A program made the translations under genes and the position numbers. Under the pieces are notes generated by a model. It did not search any database. It had not been told where the DNA came from and saw nothing but the letters and a program-made list of their open reading frames with translations. Shown here piece after piece: positions 18,101-27,038 of a stretch of DNA of 64,000 bases. Position 1 is the first letter of the stretch, and every line of letters begins with the position of its first letter. The stretch lies in IMG/VR virus record IMGVR_UViG_3300029892_000001. The stretch is one strand, 5' to 3'. The DNA comes from a virus.

Positions 18101-21100
18101 GGGCTCAAGTGTTCCTCTAGTGGGCGAGACCTATCATACTCTTCGAATGAAGGGAACTTGTATTGACCTGTGTACAGCGGTTTGAAATCCCAAGTGCCGT
18201 CTTCTTTCTGCAGGTCTTCGTGTAACGTCATGAAGTAAGACAGGCGCAAGGCGAGATTTAGCGCACCCTGAACCTTGGGGTTGCCCGTCTTCCTCAGGCT
18301 CTTGATGATCTTTGTGACCGGATCTCCGTTGTTGATGATCTGAATCATCGAGTGGAGCGCCTTCGCTTGCGTCTTGTTGCTTAGCGACGGCTGAGAGTTC
18401 AGGAGACTTTCAACTGCTGAATCGTCATCGGACAGGTCAACCTTTGGCTGCAACGATTCAACAGGCTTTGTGATTGTGGGCTTGAATAGCCCAGAAAGAT
18501 CCCAAACTCCAGGAGCCTGCTTCAAATCTGAAGCAAAATCTCGAAGGTACTCTACGACTGCGCGAAGGACTCTGTTCTGGTCAGGGAGCGTCTTAGCGGC
18601 TGAGAACTTGGGCTTGAAAGTTTTGATCGACTGACCTTCAGCGAAGTGCTTCCGAAGAGCCAGCATGAGACCCTTAAAGTTGTCCAGCCTCTTCTGATAG
18701 TCCTTTTTGGACTCCTCAGGGTCAATAGGAAGTGCAACCGAACGCAGTTCTTCGAACAAGGTTCTTTGAACCTCCGTCGGTGCTTTCTTTGCAGGTGATG
18801 TGAACCTGTCGCTATCTTCTTCCGTGGGCTTTTTCTTCGCCTCGTCGGTCGACGCCGGTTCCACGTCCTCTATGGCGTCAAGGGCCTCAGTAGCAACGAT
18901 ATTAGCCGCCTCGTCAAGCGAAATCAGCCCCTCGTCATACCTCTGGATGGCAGATTCTGCTTCTTCGGGTAGGCGTCCCTTGAAGTACTTTTTGCATCTG
19001 CGAATGAAGATCTCAGCAGAGATTTCGTCCTTCGTGTATTGCTCTGCAATCGTTTTCAGCGTTTTCGAAGCAGGTTTTGAGGCAGGGGTGCCTGCGTCTT
19101 CTTCAACAGGCGCCGTCTTCTTTGGTGTTGAGATGGCAGGCTGGGGAAGCTTCCTTGGCAGGGGCTGGTACGTATCCTCTTCGCCAGGCTGGAGCTTAGG
19201 CGGCTGATAGCCCTTACCCTTCTCTAGCTTTGGAACCTCGAACATGTTGTCGAGATTGAAACGACCATCACTACGCCTCAGCTCTTCGCGATCTGAGAGG
19301 AATTTGTAGACCTTTTGGAGTACCTGTAGTTCTTGCGCAGAATTATGACTCCTGAGGTGCTCCTCAAGCTTGTTCTGAAGCGGACGTAGTTTCTTCTCTA
19401 ACTCATCCTTCTTCGAGTCCAGTGCTGCTTGCTGTTTGGCAGTCAACTCCAAGAACTTTTCTTTTCTGGAGCGAAGGTCTTCGATCTTCTCTTTCAACTG
19501 ACGGAGCTGGGTACGAACTTCTTCGTCAGCAAGTTCGACAGCCTGCCTTCGAAGTTCCTTCAGCTCTTCACTTCGCTCCGTCAGTTCATTTGCTAGGTCT
19601 TCCCTGGCCTCTTCTAGATCCTCGTTGCTGGCGTTTCGTAGATAGGAGTACTCTTTGAGGGCGTCCTGCTCCACTGGGTCTTCTGTTGCCTCGATGTTCT
19701 TGGGCGACAGAAGCTGGAATAGAGTGCTTGTCTCCCACGACTTGAGGAGCCCGATGATCTTTCGAAGTACCTGAAAGTGAGTCTTCTTTTTCGCTAACTC
19801 CTCATTGTCGGCAACAACAGTCTCCCGCAGTTTCTCTCGTGTCCGAAGCGCATCACTGAGTTCTTCACTAAGGCGTTCGTGTTCAGCCCGGCTCTGGCTC
19901 CAGGCCTTTTTCAGCTCTTCAACCTCCGCACGCAGATCCTTGGTGCGAGAGTCGAGGAGCTTCGCACCTTTTTGCGTCAAGGTGTCGATATCCTTTTCTC
20001 GCTGCTGAATCAGTGCATGGATGTCTCCGCCCTTCTTGTGCGTCTTAACAAGCTCCTCCATCAGAGAACGAAGCATCGCTTCATCCACCCCGGAGAGGCT
20101 CGTCTTAATCTGGTCAAAAAGCGGTGTGCGCTTCTCTTCCGGTCGCTTTACTGCCGCAGGGGGTGCTTGGTACTCATCCCGCTCGATCGTAGACAGTTCA
20201 TCGCGAAGCGTTTGTTTTCCAAGTTGCTTGTCGTAGTACTGAACGAATTCCGGGAACTTCTCTTTGAAGAAGTCTTTCCTCGCCTCATAGACCGTATTGA
20301 ATTTTCCTGCGAACTTGTCTAGGGCTCTCTCGTAGACCTTGTTGACGACACCAGTTGCGGCCTGAGAAATGTTTCCCTGATCGTCGGCCTCGATGTTGAA
20401 CTCATCGATTGCAATCTCTTGCAGACGCGCCCCTGGCGAGTCCGCAGGGCGTAGACCATCTGGAAGGACTTCATACTGCTTATCTTCGGCGTCCTGATCG
20501 CGACGAAGTCGACCCGGAAGCGCCCACATCCAACGGAGGATGTTCTCCTCGTCTTGCTTGAGTCCTGACTTTCCAAGCAAGCCCACCAAAACCTGTTGGA
20601 ACGAACGAGTCTTATCCTCAGGGGCTTGCTTCAGGTACCCCAAGAACTTGTCGTGTTCAATTCCCTTTGCACCATCCTTCCCTACGAGGATGGCTTCAAA
20701 GGGACGAATCATCTTACGAAGAGAACGGTCTTCCTCTGCTTTTTCTCGAAGGATTTCCAGGAGAGTATCTGCTGCTTTTTGCCTCTTCGTCTTGATCTGA
20801 TTCATCTTGTTCGAATCAGATGGGTCAACGTTGAATGGCTCTCTGGCTGCAATCTCTTGAATCGTAAGGCGTTGTCCCCCCGGCTCCCCGACTCCAAGAA
20901 GACCCTGGAGAATGGCACGATCTTCGTCGGTTAACCTGGGGTCTTCTTCTACGAGGAGAATCTCACCGATGAGATCAAGTAGCTTTTCTACGTTTTCCTG
21001 AGAGATTGCTTCTTCAGCCTTTGTCAGGGGATCCGCACCTTCATCTTCCTGCATTTCAACCAAAGACAGCGATTCCCCCTCTTCATCAGTCCTGACGACT

Positions 21101-23583
21101 GGGCTCACTTGTCTCTTAGCCCTGATTGTCTGAGAGTAGGATACCTTGACTTCTTCGCCGCCATTGAGTGGCGAGAACTCGATGGTGCCTTTGGTTGGAT
21201 GGGCGCGATACTGGTCCTTTCCAATTCCCGTGGAATCTCCTCCAATACCAGGGGCCTCGACTAGGAGAGACTTACCCCTGTACGCCTCACTCAGCCAAAG
21301 AGTTCCACTGGAGTGTGCGAAGTAGAAGACATCTGGATCCTCTGCAACCTTCTTCTTCAGCTCCTTGTTCCAGGGATGGTCCTTACTACGAATGATTGCA
21401 AGCTTTTTGCCGGTCTTTGGGTCGGTGACAGAGACTTGGGCGTCTTTGTCCATCTCCTTGCCGAGTAGGATCTTGACACGAGGGCTCTTCCTCTTCTCCG
21501 CCTCGGTGGCAAACAGCTTACCGCTTGCTGAAGTGAAGACTTTGCCGTCAGGCCCTGTAACTTCAAGGTCTTCTAAGCGAATGCCGGGGACCTTCAGGTC
21601 TACTTCGCCTCCGTCCTCTGGAATTGTGACTGTAGTGGACCCTGACCTAGTCGTTTCGACTGTCTGTTCCTGTTGGTATTTGTCGAACACCTTCTTCAAG
21701 GCGTTCGTTACTCGGCGCTTGATGACCGGGTTTCCGTAGATTCTGAACTTCTTCGGATCTGGGGTGGTTTCCTTATTACGTCTCTCGCGATCGAATTCGA
21801 GAATCGCCCGCCGAAAAGCCTCCAGTGCCACAACTTGCAGATCAGCTAATCCAATCCCTGCTCGCTCAAAAACCGTTTTGATCCCTTCCCACCTCGGATC
21901 CCTTCCCTTTTTCTTCTCCCTCGCCTTCTTTGAAGCCCTTCCCTTTTTCTTCTCCCTCGCCTTCTTTGAAGCCCTTCCCTTTTTCTTCTCCCTCGCCTTC
22001 TTTGAAGGGTAGTATGTATCAGCATCAAGGATCCAAGAAATGAGGAGACCTGTGTAGTACTTTGAGAAATCAACTAGGTCTTCATCGAGCCGGTTTGCTT
22101 CTTGGCGGACACGCTTCAAATACTTTAGGGTGTTCAAGTCCAAAGATCTTGAACCGGCGCCCCCAAACTCTGGGAAGTCCTCATCCTTTGCGGACTCGGA
22201 CTGCATGTCATAAATGCGCTCTGCGAGCAGGCTCGCAAGGCTGTAGAAACGCGCAAGTTTAGGGGCTATTTCTGTTTGAACGTAATCGCGTGCAAGTTCA
22301 CGTGTGTCCTGGTCGTCGTTCTCTTCCCGCTTGGCAAGGAGCTGCTCGAACTCCATGAACTCTCGCGTAAGGTCGGGTACGCTCCTAAGTTCTTCCTCTT
22401 TTTGGGGTTCGCTCTTTTTGCTGCCGAGAATTTTATCTCGGGTACTTTCAATCTCATCCTCGATGATGGGAAGCAGGGTATCCCGAACAAATGCAGGGTC
22501 TGGGTTGTCCAGAAGGTGCATCCACAAATTCTCTGCACGAGACTTGAACGACTCTACAAGCTGGTACTCCTTCTCCTCACCCTCTTCTCCTTCTAGGGTG
22601 AGTGGCTTGCCCTTCTGCCCCTTAACATGGTATTCCACCACGTAAGTGGTCCCAGAAGCTGAGGGATCGCCCCAGGTTAGAACGCCGTTCACATAGTTGT
22701 ACGAGACCTCTCCAGGACCTACAGGTCGACGGAACTCAATCCGAACCTTCGTTCCTCCATTTGCCTCGTGAAATCGCAGTACCCCTACGTCGCTTTCGAC
22801 GTAGTATGTATTGGGTTGAAGATTGGCAGGGCTTTCTACTGGGGTAAACCTATCTCCTGTTTCCGCGCTTTCCACGTACACAGACGTCGAGTCGACAGGC
22901 CTCCGAAGATTAATCTCTAGTTTCTTGCCCGAGATAGTTCGCGTGACTTGAGTAGGGGCTCCCTGCAACACAACGTGCAGTTCTTTGCCGGTCTGTTCAT
23001 TCCTGACAGTGATTCCTTTTCTGAAATCTACATCTGTTCCGAGTTTTGCCTGCAGAGAATCGTTTACGGTGACCTTCTTGGACTCAGGTGTCCACTTAAA
23101 CCACCCCTCGTCCAAATGCCACAAACTATCTGCCGGAGTGGTTGTTACTCTGGGCTTCTTGCCAGAAGTCTCGTTATCCCCATCGTCTTCGTCCGCATCA
23201 TCGTCGAGGTCATCTTCATCCTCGTCATCGTCGCTCTCAATGCCTTCCTTCCACAAGTAGTTAATCTGAACACGTGCTCCAGCATCAGATGGATGGAAGA
23301 ACAGCGTTCCGTCCTCTGGGAGGAGAAAGTACTGACCTTGTTCTAGGGTTTGATTTTCGGACGCGACAAACTCCTTGTCGGTCCTCAGGTCCGTCACAGC
23401 GACGGAGTCCGGAAGAATATTGGTGTTCTGAAGATGTACTTCTCCACCATCCGGAATTACGACCTTCTCAAGCTCCTGCTGGGGTTCGTCAACCCCAAGT
23501 GCGTTCGGCCCCTCTAATGACAGAGAAGACTCATCCTCAGGAGAAGCCTTACGCATGATTCTTTTGGCAGTATTTAGGGCCAT
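15142..23583 (-). CDS. Giant (2813 aa) probable virion protein with split sigma70-like regions, beta-modules and helical repeats
   Basis: Uninterrupted 8.4-kb ORF in the late block; domain details in findings. Confidence 0.9.
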   Translation of the reverse strand: MALNTAKRIMRKASPEDESSLSLEGPNALGVDEPQQELEKVVIPDGGEVHLQNTNILPDSVAVTDLRTDKEFVASENQTLEQGQYFLLPEDGTLFFHPSDAGARVQINYLWKEGIESDDDEDEDDLDDDADEDDGDNETSGKKPRVTTTPADSLWHLDEGWFKWTPESKKVTVNDSLQAKLGTDVDFRKGITVRNEQTGKELHVVLQGAPTQVTRTISGKKLEINLRRPVDSTSVYVESAETGDRFTPVESPANLQPNTYYVESDVGVLRFHEANGGTKVRIEFRRPVGPGEVSYNYVNGVLTWGDPSASGTTYVVEYHVKGQKGKPLTLEGEEGEEKEYQLVESFKSRAENLWMHLLDNPDPAFVRDTLLPIIEDEIESTRDKILGSKKSEPQKEEELRSVPDLTREFMEFEQLLAKREENDDQDTRELARDYVQTEIAPKLARFYSLASLLAERIYDMQSESAKDEDFPEFGGAGSRSLDLNTLKYLKRVRQEANRLDEDLVDFSKYYTGLLISWILDADTYYPSKKAREKKKGRASKKAREKKKGRASKKAREKKKGRDPRWEGIKTVFERAGIGLADLQVVALEAFRRAILEFDRERRNKETTPDPKKFRIYGNPVIKRRVTNALKKVFDKYQQEQTVETTRSGSTTVTIPEDGGEVDLKVPGIRLEDLEVTGPDGKVFTSASGKLFATEAEKRKSPRVKILLGKEMDKDAQVSVTDPKTGKKLAIIRSKDHPWNKELKKKVAEDPDVFYFAHSSGTLWLSEAYRGKSLLVEAPGIGGDSTGIGKDQYRAHPTKGTIEFSPLNGGEEVKVSYSQTIRAKRQVSPVVRTDEEGESLSLVEMQEDEGADPLTKAEEAISQENVEKLLDLIGEILLVEEDPRLTDEDRAILQGLLGVGEPGGQRLTIQEIAAREPFNVDPSDSNKMNQIKTKRQKAADTLLEILREKAEEDRSLRKMIRPFEAILVGKDGAKGIEHDKFLGYLKQAPEDKTRSFQQVLVGLLGKSGLKQDEENILRWMWALPGRLRRDQDAEDKQYEVLPDGLRPADSPGARLQEIAIDEFNIEADDQGNISQAATGVVNKVYERALDKFAGKFNTVYEARKDFFKEKFPEFVQYYDKQLGKQTLRDELSTIERDEYQAPPAAVKRPEEKRTPLFDQIKTSLSGVDEAMLRSLMEELVKTHKKGGDIHALIQQREKDIDTLTQKGAKLLDSRTKDLRAEVEELKKAWSQSRAEHERLSEELSDALRTREKLRETVVADNEELAKKKTHFQVLRKIIGLLKSWETSTLFQLLSPKNIEATEDPVEQDALKEYSYLRNASNEDLEEAREDLANELTERSEELKELRRQAVELADEEVRTQLRQLKEKIEDLRSRKEKFLELTAKQQAALDSKKDELEKKLRPLQNKLEEHLRSHNSAQELQVLQKVYKFLSDREELRRSDGRFNLDNMFEVPKLEKGKGYQPPKLQPGEEDTYQPLPRKLPQPAISTPKKTAPVEEDAGTPASKPASKTLKTIAEQYTKDEISAEIFIRRCKKYFKGRLPEEAESAIQRYDEGLISLDEAANIVATEALDAIEDVEPASTDEAKKKPTEEDSDRFTSPAKKAPTEVQRTLFEELRSVALPIDPEESKKDYQKRLDNFKGLMLALRKHFAEGQSIKTFKPKFSAAKTLPDQNRVLRAVVEYLRDFASDLKQAPGVWDLSGLFKPTITKPVESLQPKVDLSDDDSAVESLLNSQPSLSNKTQAKALHSMIQIINNGDPVTKIIKSLRKTGNPKVQGALNLALRLSYFMTLHEDLQKEDGTWDFKPLYTGQYKFPSFEEYDRSRPLEEHLSPLIDGIQRQLQEEAGPDGGIESRTGTQQRVLDLLHQMSELALHGMDLDQMQEHFEKEDKREAKPYSLAYLFQVTRHFLEKLNRTKGLANMQNDMGLADVFGPGAPPSTPTEQDEVDPVPEQEQKELLPQDDRTTAFRQMVHVMDMDEAEARVAQQLVSALQLRMESGTKVASELLEALLRKNPKFLPIVKKVLTFIGRNREKFESGVPGVPDLSILTGMPFKHPAVEKTPEKAVKPEVQQLLQEKSTPAPESQRKKLRKSIFDEFVAEYELDDQQKNLFADAIRALKAHEGKAGIEKLVGKTEGTQLEGVFELLVDFFKEKGLVGSDGVPDFRGISVPPLSGRESFFAEDGTPNLGRVEEQAPEFDADEISDEMPEPKADLEEHTEDLVDELGGEGARFAPDLQEAVDFLKSDQVVTEEDSTPRSKSKDRLKRNIWNLMVQEFDFDEEEQQNAAEILEAVQKNGLDKVKAQLSGQGHLEVLLDDLIDYIKEQGLQESDIPDIELPAAPDAEDTDDVGMTIEELMGEKPVEKAPARLAPTIRREVDEETLQKVLEEAQKVQGKDERLFDSSEVVRGLEGKIAPEDAKNALLQAAEQGLVDLRAESGAVSLSPEDAKFVPVSPDGVPFSSGRVLRMPEPAAAPQPAEPAPAPGKAPSTRGRLPAALVDRETSSAVYTFVVKHSGLTPDEINALNEAMPGLENMTYRQVAEAFRKNHEQLGDAAKNAALKYIKNLTAYLRLVQQGKDPVGGPPASSAKRPKGQWRDDPATEKQIAKLQELAHELQSMGHSLPPVSLSPTTKGEASDGLNALRAALDEAKKSIETKQAPPAQTKEQVRADRLHELLSKDRTHARRVQRLRALIDLGSFTAEEISQAVSRLEVADKEKADLLGLLPGAAPARAEQPKAPQKSTAPSGATPDRNERKRLQLLLEKALEWSTAHEVTSAHAFRLFLKKKRPELLPMYDRIMPDVQKALDAIYGNELDFDLSGI
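21900..22007. repeat. Perfect tandem repeat, 3 x 36 nt, in frame in the giant ORF
   Basis: CCCTTCCCTTTTTCTTCTCCCTCGCCTTCTTTGAAG x3; encodes SKKAREKKKGR(A). Confidence 0.97.
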
Positions 23584-23605
23584 TACTAAGCCTCAGGTGT
23601 TAGTA

Positions 23606-24241
23606 TCACATGAGCGAGAGGTCTGGAGTTGAGCCACCCGTTGGGGTCTGCGGACCCTGGGGGTCCGCGGGAGAAGATGCGTTTTCTACTTCGTCCCCAA
23701 TGCCTGGTGCTTCCTTCTTTTTCTTTTTCGAGCCGACGTCTTTAGACGGTAGCTCATGTTCAACTGGCTTGGTCTTCTCTTCTTTGTGGGCTTTGCCAGC
23801 AAGGGTAGTGAGTGTTGTCGTAAGCTCCTGAAGCTCAGCGAGCTTTGATTTTTCACTCTGAAGCAAGTCTGCTAGACTTCCGAGTGCTGAACCCTTAATT
23901 CCAGGAAGGTCGTCTTCATCCGTCTGGAGGATCTTTGATAGTTCTTGGCCGGACTCTTCTAACTTCTCGGCTAACTTCTCCGCCAGAGAGTTCATTTCGC
24001 TGACGACTTCCTTGAAGGGGTGCTTCTTAGGCAGGGTTCGCATCAACGCAAGAAAGGAGTCTGCATTATCTTGCAGGACCAAAAGAGGGGTGTCCTTCGG
24101 TTTTACCTTTTGGAGAATCGGAGCTTCGATGCCCTCAGGAGGAGAGTTCGAAATAGCTTCGATAACACGAGCGATTCGAGGTTGCAACAGCAGCGGAGCG
24201 TTTACGTGCACAAACCGAAGCTTACGAAGTACCTCACTCAT
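23606..24241 (-). CDS. Hypothetical (probable internal head) protein
   Basis: 211-aa ORF co-oriented in the late block. Confidence 0.65.
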   Translation of the reverse strand: MSEVLRKLRFVHVNAPLLLQPRIARVIEAISNSPPEGIEAPILQKVKPKDTPLLVLQDNADSFLALMRTLPKKHPFKEVVSEMNSLAEKLAEKLEESGQELSKILQTDEDDLPGIKGSALGSLADLLQSEKSKLAELQELTTTLTTLAGKAHKEEKTKPVEHELPSKDVGSKKKKKEAPGIGDEVENASSPADPQGPQTPTGGSTPDLSLM

Positions 24242-24242
24242 A

Positions 24243-27038
24243 CTAACGACCTTTAGGAATGTCGCGAATTTGGGTAACCAGCGAGTCGTTCATCGACGGC
24301 GGCCCGCTGACTTGGTCCAAATAAGGGCCCGGAGGAAAATCTCGACCCTTCGACTTTCCGTTTTCTGGCCGATTGGGCATAGGGTTCACGAGGCTGTCTG
24401 CTGTTGTGTCAGAGGGTTCAGCAGAGATACCATTATTGTCGGTTTCTTTCAATAGAGAGTCGTGAAGAGGGGCAAGGACAACCTCAAACCCATTCAACGA
24501 GTCAGGGACCTCATCTCGCATCGCTTTCGGCATCGTTGAGTGTACGTAAAGGATGGGCTTTCCCTGTGGGGAGAGATCTCGACGTACAGTCTTAACCCTG
24601 GGGTCGCCGCGGAACATAGAGCGCAGCTTTTCAACTGCCTCTGTGATTTCTTCCTCCGCCGCACCCGATGGTGCAATCGGATTTTTGTGTGGGGCGTTTA
24701 GGAATTTGAACCCTGGCTGCTTCGTTTTCTTGTGAATATCCTCAATGATTTCTTGCTCTGCGAAATCGACCTGCTCTGGTTGGGGCTGGTCCTCCACAAC
24801 AAAAACTTTCTCTTGTTCTACAACCGGACCTTGGTCAACGGCGGGCGGCGGGCCGCTGACAGGAGCCGGGAGGGTTGGATGGTTATTGCCGCCCGGGAAC
24901 GGAAAAGGGAGAGCGCCTCCGGGGGGAGGCAATGCTGGTGGCGCCACATCTCCCGGAAAGCGTCCGAATGGCGGAGGCTCAAAGCCGGCAGGAGGTCCGC
25001 CGGGACCCTGGCCGGGTGCCTTTGGGATCTGGACGATGTAGTAGACGTCATCCTCACCGATAATATGCCCGAACGGACTCTCCGGAGGTAGGTTAGCGCC
25101 ACCAGGAGGGGGAGGGCAAGCATCCTTCGTAACAGGCTGGATGCGTGGGTGCCTTAGTTCGATCTCCTTGCCGGTGTCGAGGCGTCGTACCTTATATGTC
25201 GGAGCGCCTTGCTTCGGGCGCACCACCTCGACCATCTCGACCAGCGCTGAAGTGCCGGTGTCTGGGTCCCTCTCCATCCACCTGGCGCCGAGTTCAGGGA
25301 CCAATCCGATCGCCCCGTCAGCATATCGAATGATATCCTCGTCTACAGCGATCAGAAGATGGGCCCCTACCCTGAGACGATCCGCTAACCCTGCCACCCT
25401 AGTTCTAAGGGGGTGGTTCTTCGGGAGGTTGTTGGCGACATCCACCAGCTTTTCTGCCCCCTCCATCGACAGAGCATTGCCTGAAATATGTGTCGGTGGA
25501 TTCTTGACTGCAGGTAGATGAGTAAGGGCAAGCCTAAACGACGAGTAGCGGGATAAGGGAAGGTCCGAGAAGCGATAGACCCCAAAGTCCTTTTCAACCC
25601 CCTCATCAGCGTCTTCCATGATCTGGAAGATTTCAATCTTGTAGTCGAATTCGTCCCTCACCTCGGATAGGAAAAAGCTAATGTCCTCCTCCCGCTCAAA
25701 AGGGACATCATACGTGCAGTGCTTCGACTTACGCGCATTTTTCTTGCGTAAGAAATCCCTGAATTCTGGGTCACGCAAGGCATTCGAAGTGAAGGTAACC
25801 CGCATGACCGGTCCAGCGATTCTTAGGGTTGAGGCTTGCTTTGGCATTCTCTCACCTTCACCGATCGTTTCAAGAAGAATTTTGTCTGCTGCGACAGCAT
25901 ACTTTCCGCTCACTAGAACAGGTTCGTTAGCTACCATGTACACGCGGTATTTGAACTCTCCCCTCCTATTCGAGGTGGGGTACTGTTCTAGCATTTTTTC
26001 TAGCCGATCATCAATAACCTTCCCGAAGAAAAGCTCTCCTGACCGACGTTTTGCCTCGACAAACAACATCTTGACGAATGGGTCTGTCTCCGCGATGTTT
26101 TCAAGTTGGTTTAGGTACTCTTTGTCTGATAGGACGCGAATTCCCTCGATGAGGCTTGCTTCTTTAAGTCGAACGAAGCTTTTGCACTTCACGTAACTTC
26201 CCTGGCTCCACTGGAATGACGGGCACTTTTTCTGTTCGAATCGACAGAACGCAAATCTATCGGACAATTTTGTGTGCACTTCTGGAAGTCGTTTCTCCGG
26301 ACAATCGTCCTTTTCTACCTTCCAGTTCCCCTGAGCACCCATGTAGGCAGGGATGAGGCCTAGTTCTTCCACATAGTACTGCTTGATTCGATCTAGAGCA
26401 TCCGCCACTTTTTGCGCTGTGAAGTGAGCAGACCTCTTCTTGAGTAGGTCAGAAACACGTACCAAAACGCCATGAGGCGTTGCGGCAGTGCCCACCTTTA
26501 GCTGGTCGGATGCTGATTGGAGTGTGCTCTGAGTCTCATCGAAATATTGATTCCAGCGGCCCAAAATTGCTTCTCGCTCGGATGGCCAAAAATCATCGAT
26601 GTAGTTCCAGTAGCTTCGTACCTTCTCAATAAAGGCCTCTTTCGGCAGACGCTTGGAATTCGTTCGTATGGTCTGAACCGTGTCCGCTTCTACTTTCGAG
26701 TACTTTGTGTAGGCCTTCTTCAGGTCGTCCAGTGTTTCATCAAGAATCTCATTAATCTCAAACGGTTCAAGATTTGGGTCTTGAACTGTTGTAACGATTC
26801 CGCTGCGAACCTTATCCAGCAGGTCCAACTGTCCGTCAATTTTGGGAGGAAGCGACAGCTCCTTGACCTCTATGAAGAATTTCTTAGCATCCTCAAGGTC
26901 ATCTTGGAAAGCTACAGCCAAGGGAACTAGGTTCACTAAATGTTGCGCGATTCCGCGCTTCATCAAGTTTTCCCACTCCGCCTCCGACACCTCCAAGAAA
27001 GCTTGGGCGATGTCCTTACGATTGTCGTTACCGGGCAT
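24243..27038 (-). CDS. Large hypothetical (probable virion) protein with SH3-like and Pro/Gly-rich segments
   Basis: 931-aa ORF. Confidence 0.75.
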   Translation of the reverse strand: MPGNDNRKDIAQAFLEVSEAEWENLMKRGIAQHLVNLVPLAVAFQDDLEDAKKFFIEVKELSLPPKIDGQLDLLDKVRSGIVTTVQDPNLEPFEINEILDETLDDLKKAYTKYSKVEADTVQTIRTNSKRLPKEAFIEKVRSYWNYIDDFWPSEREAILGRWNQYFDETQSTLQSASDQLKVGTAATPHGVLVRVSDLLKKRSAHFTAQKVADALDRIKQYYVEELGLIPAYMGAQGNWKVEKDDCPEKRLPEVHTKLSDRFAFCRFEQKKCPSFQWSQGSYVKCKSFVRLKEASLIEGIRVLSDKEYLNQLENIAETDPFVKMLFVEAKRRSGELFFGKVIDDRLEKMLEQYPTSNRRGEFKYRVYMVANEPVLVSGKYAVAADKILLETIGEGERMPKQASTLRIAGPVMRVTFTSNALRDPEFRDFLRKKNARKSKHCTYDVPFEREEDISFFLSEVRDEFDYKIEIFQIMEDADEGVEKDFGVYRFSDLPLSRYSSFRLALTHLPAVKNPPTHISGNALSMEGAEKLVDVANNLPKNHPLRTRVAGLADRLRVGAHLLIAVDEDIIRYADGAIGLVPELGARWMERDPDTGTSALVEMVEVVRPKQGAPTYKVRRLDTGKEIELRHPRIQPVTKDACPPPPGGANLPPESPFGHIIGEDDVYYIVQIPKAPGQGPGGPPAGFEPPPFGRFPGDVAPPALPPPGGALPFPFPGGNNHPTLPAPVSGPPPAVDQGPVVEQEKVFVVEDQPQPEQVDFAEQEIIEDIHKKTKQPGFKFLNAPHKNPIAPSGAAEEEITEAVEKLRSMFRGDPRVKTVRRDLSPQGKPILYVHSTMPKAMRDEVPDSLNGFEVVLAPLHDSLLKETDNNGISAEPSDTTADSLVNPMPNRPENGKSKGRDFPPGPYLDQVSGPPSMNDSLVTQIRDIPKGR

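Noticed and set aside
21900-22007. CRISPR array (36-nt repeats)
   Set aside because: The repeats are head-to-tail with no spacers, in frame in a CDS, and no cas genes are present
15142-23583. Giant ORF as virion RNA polymerase or tape measure protein
   Set aside because: No NADFDGD-like motif (the only DDGD is in an acidic linker near aa 135); the modular, Pro-rich, beta-containing make-up is unlike a tape measure
23584-23605. TACTAAC..CT(G/A)AGGCT upstream of both the giant gene and 49300 as a late-promoter motif
   Set aside because: Only two copies with an indel; can be explained by TAA plus an SD-like AGG
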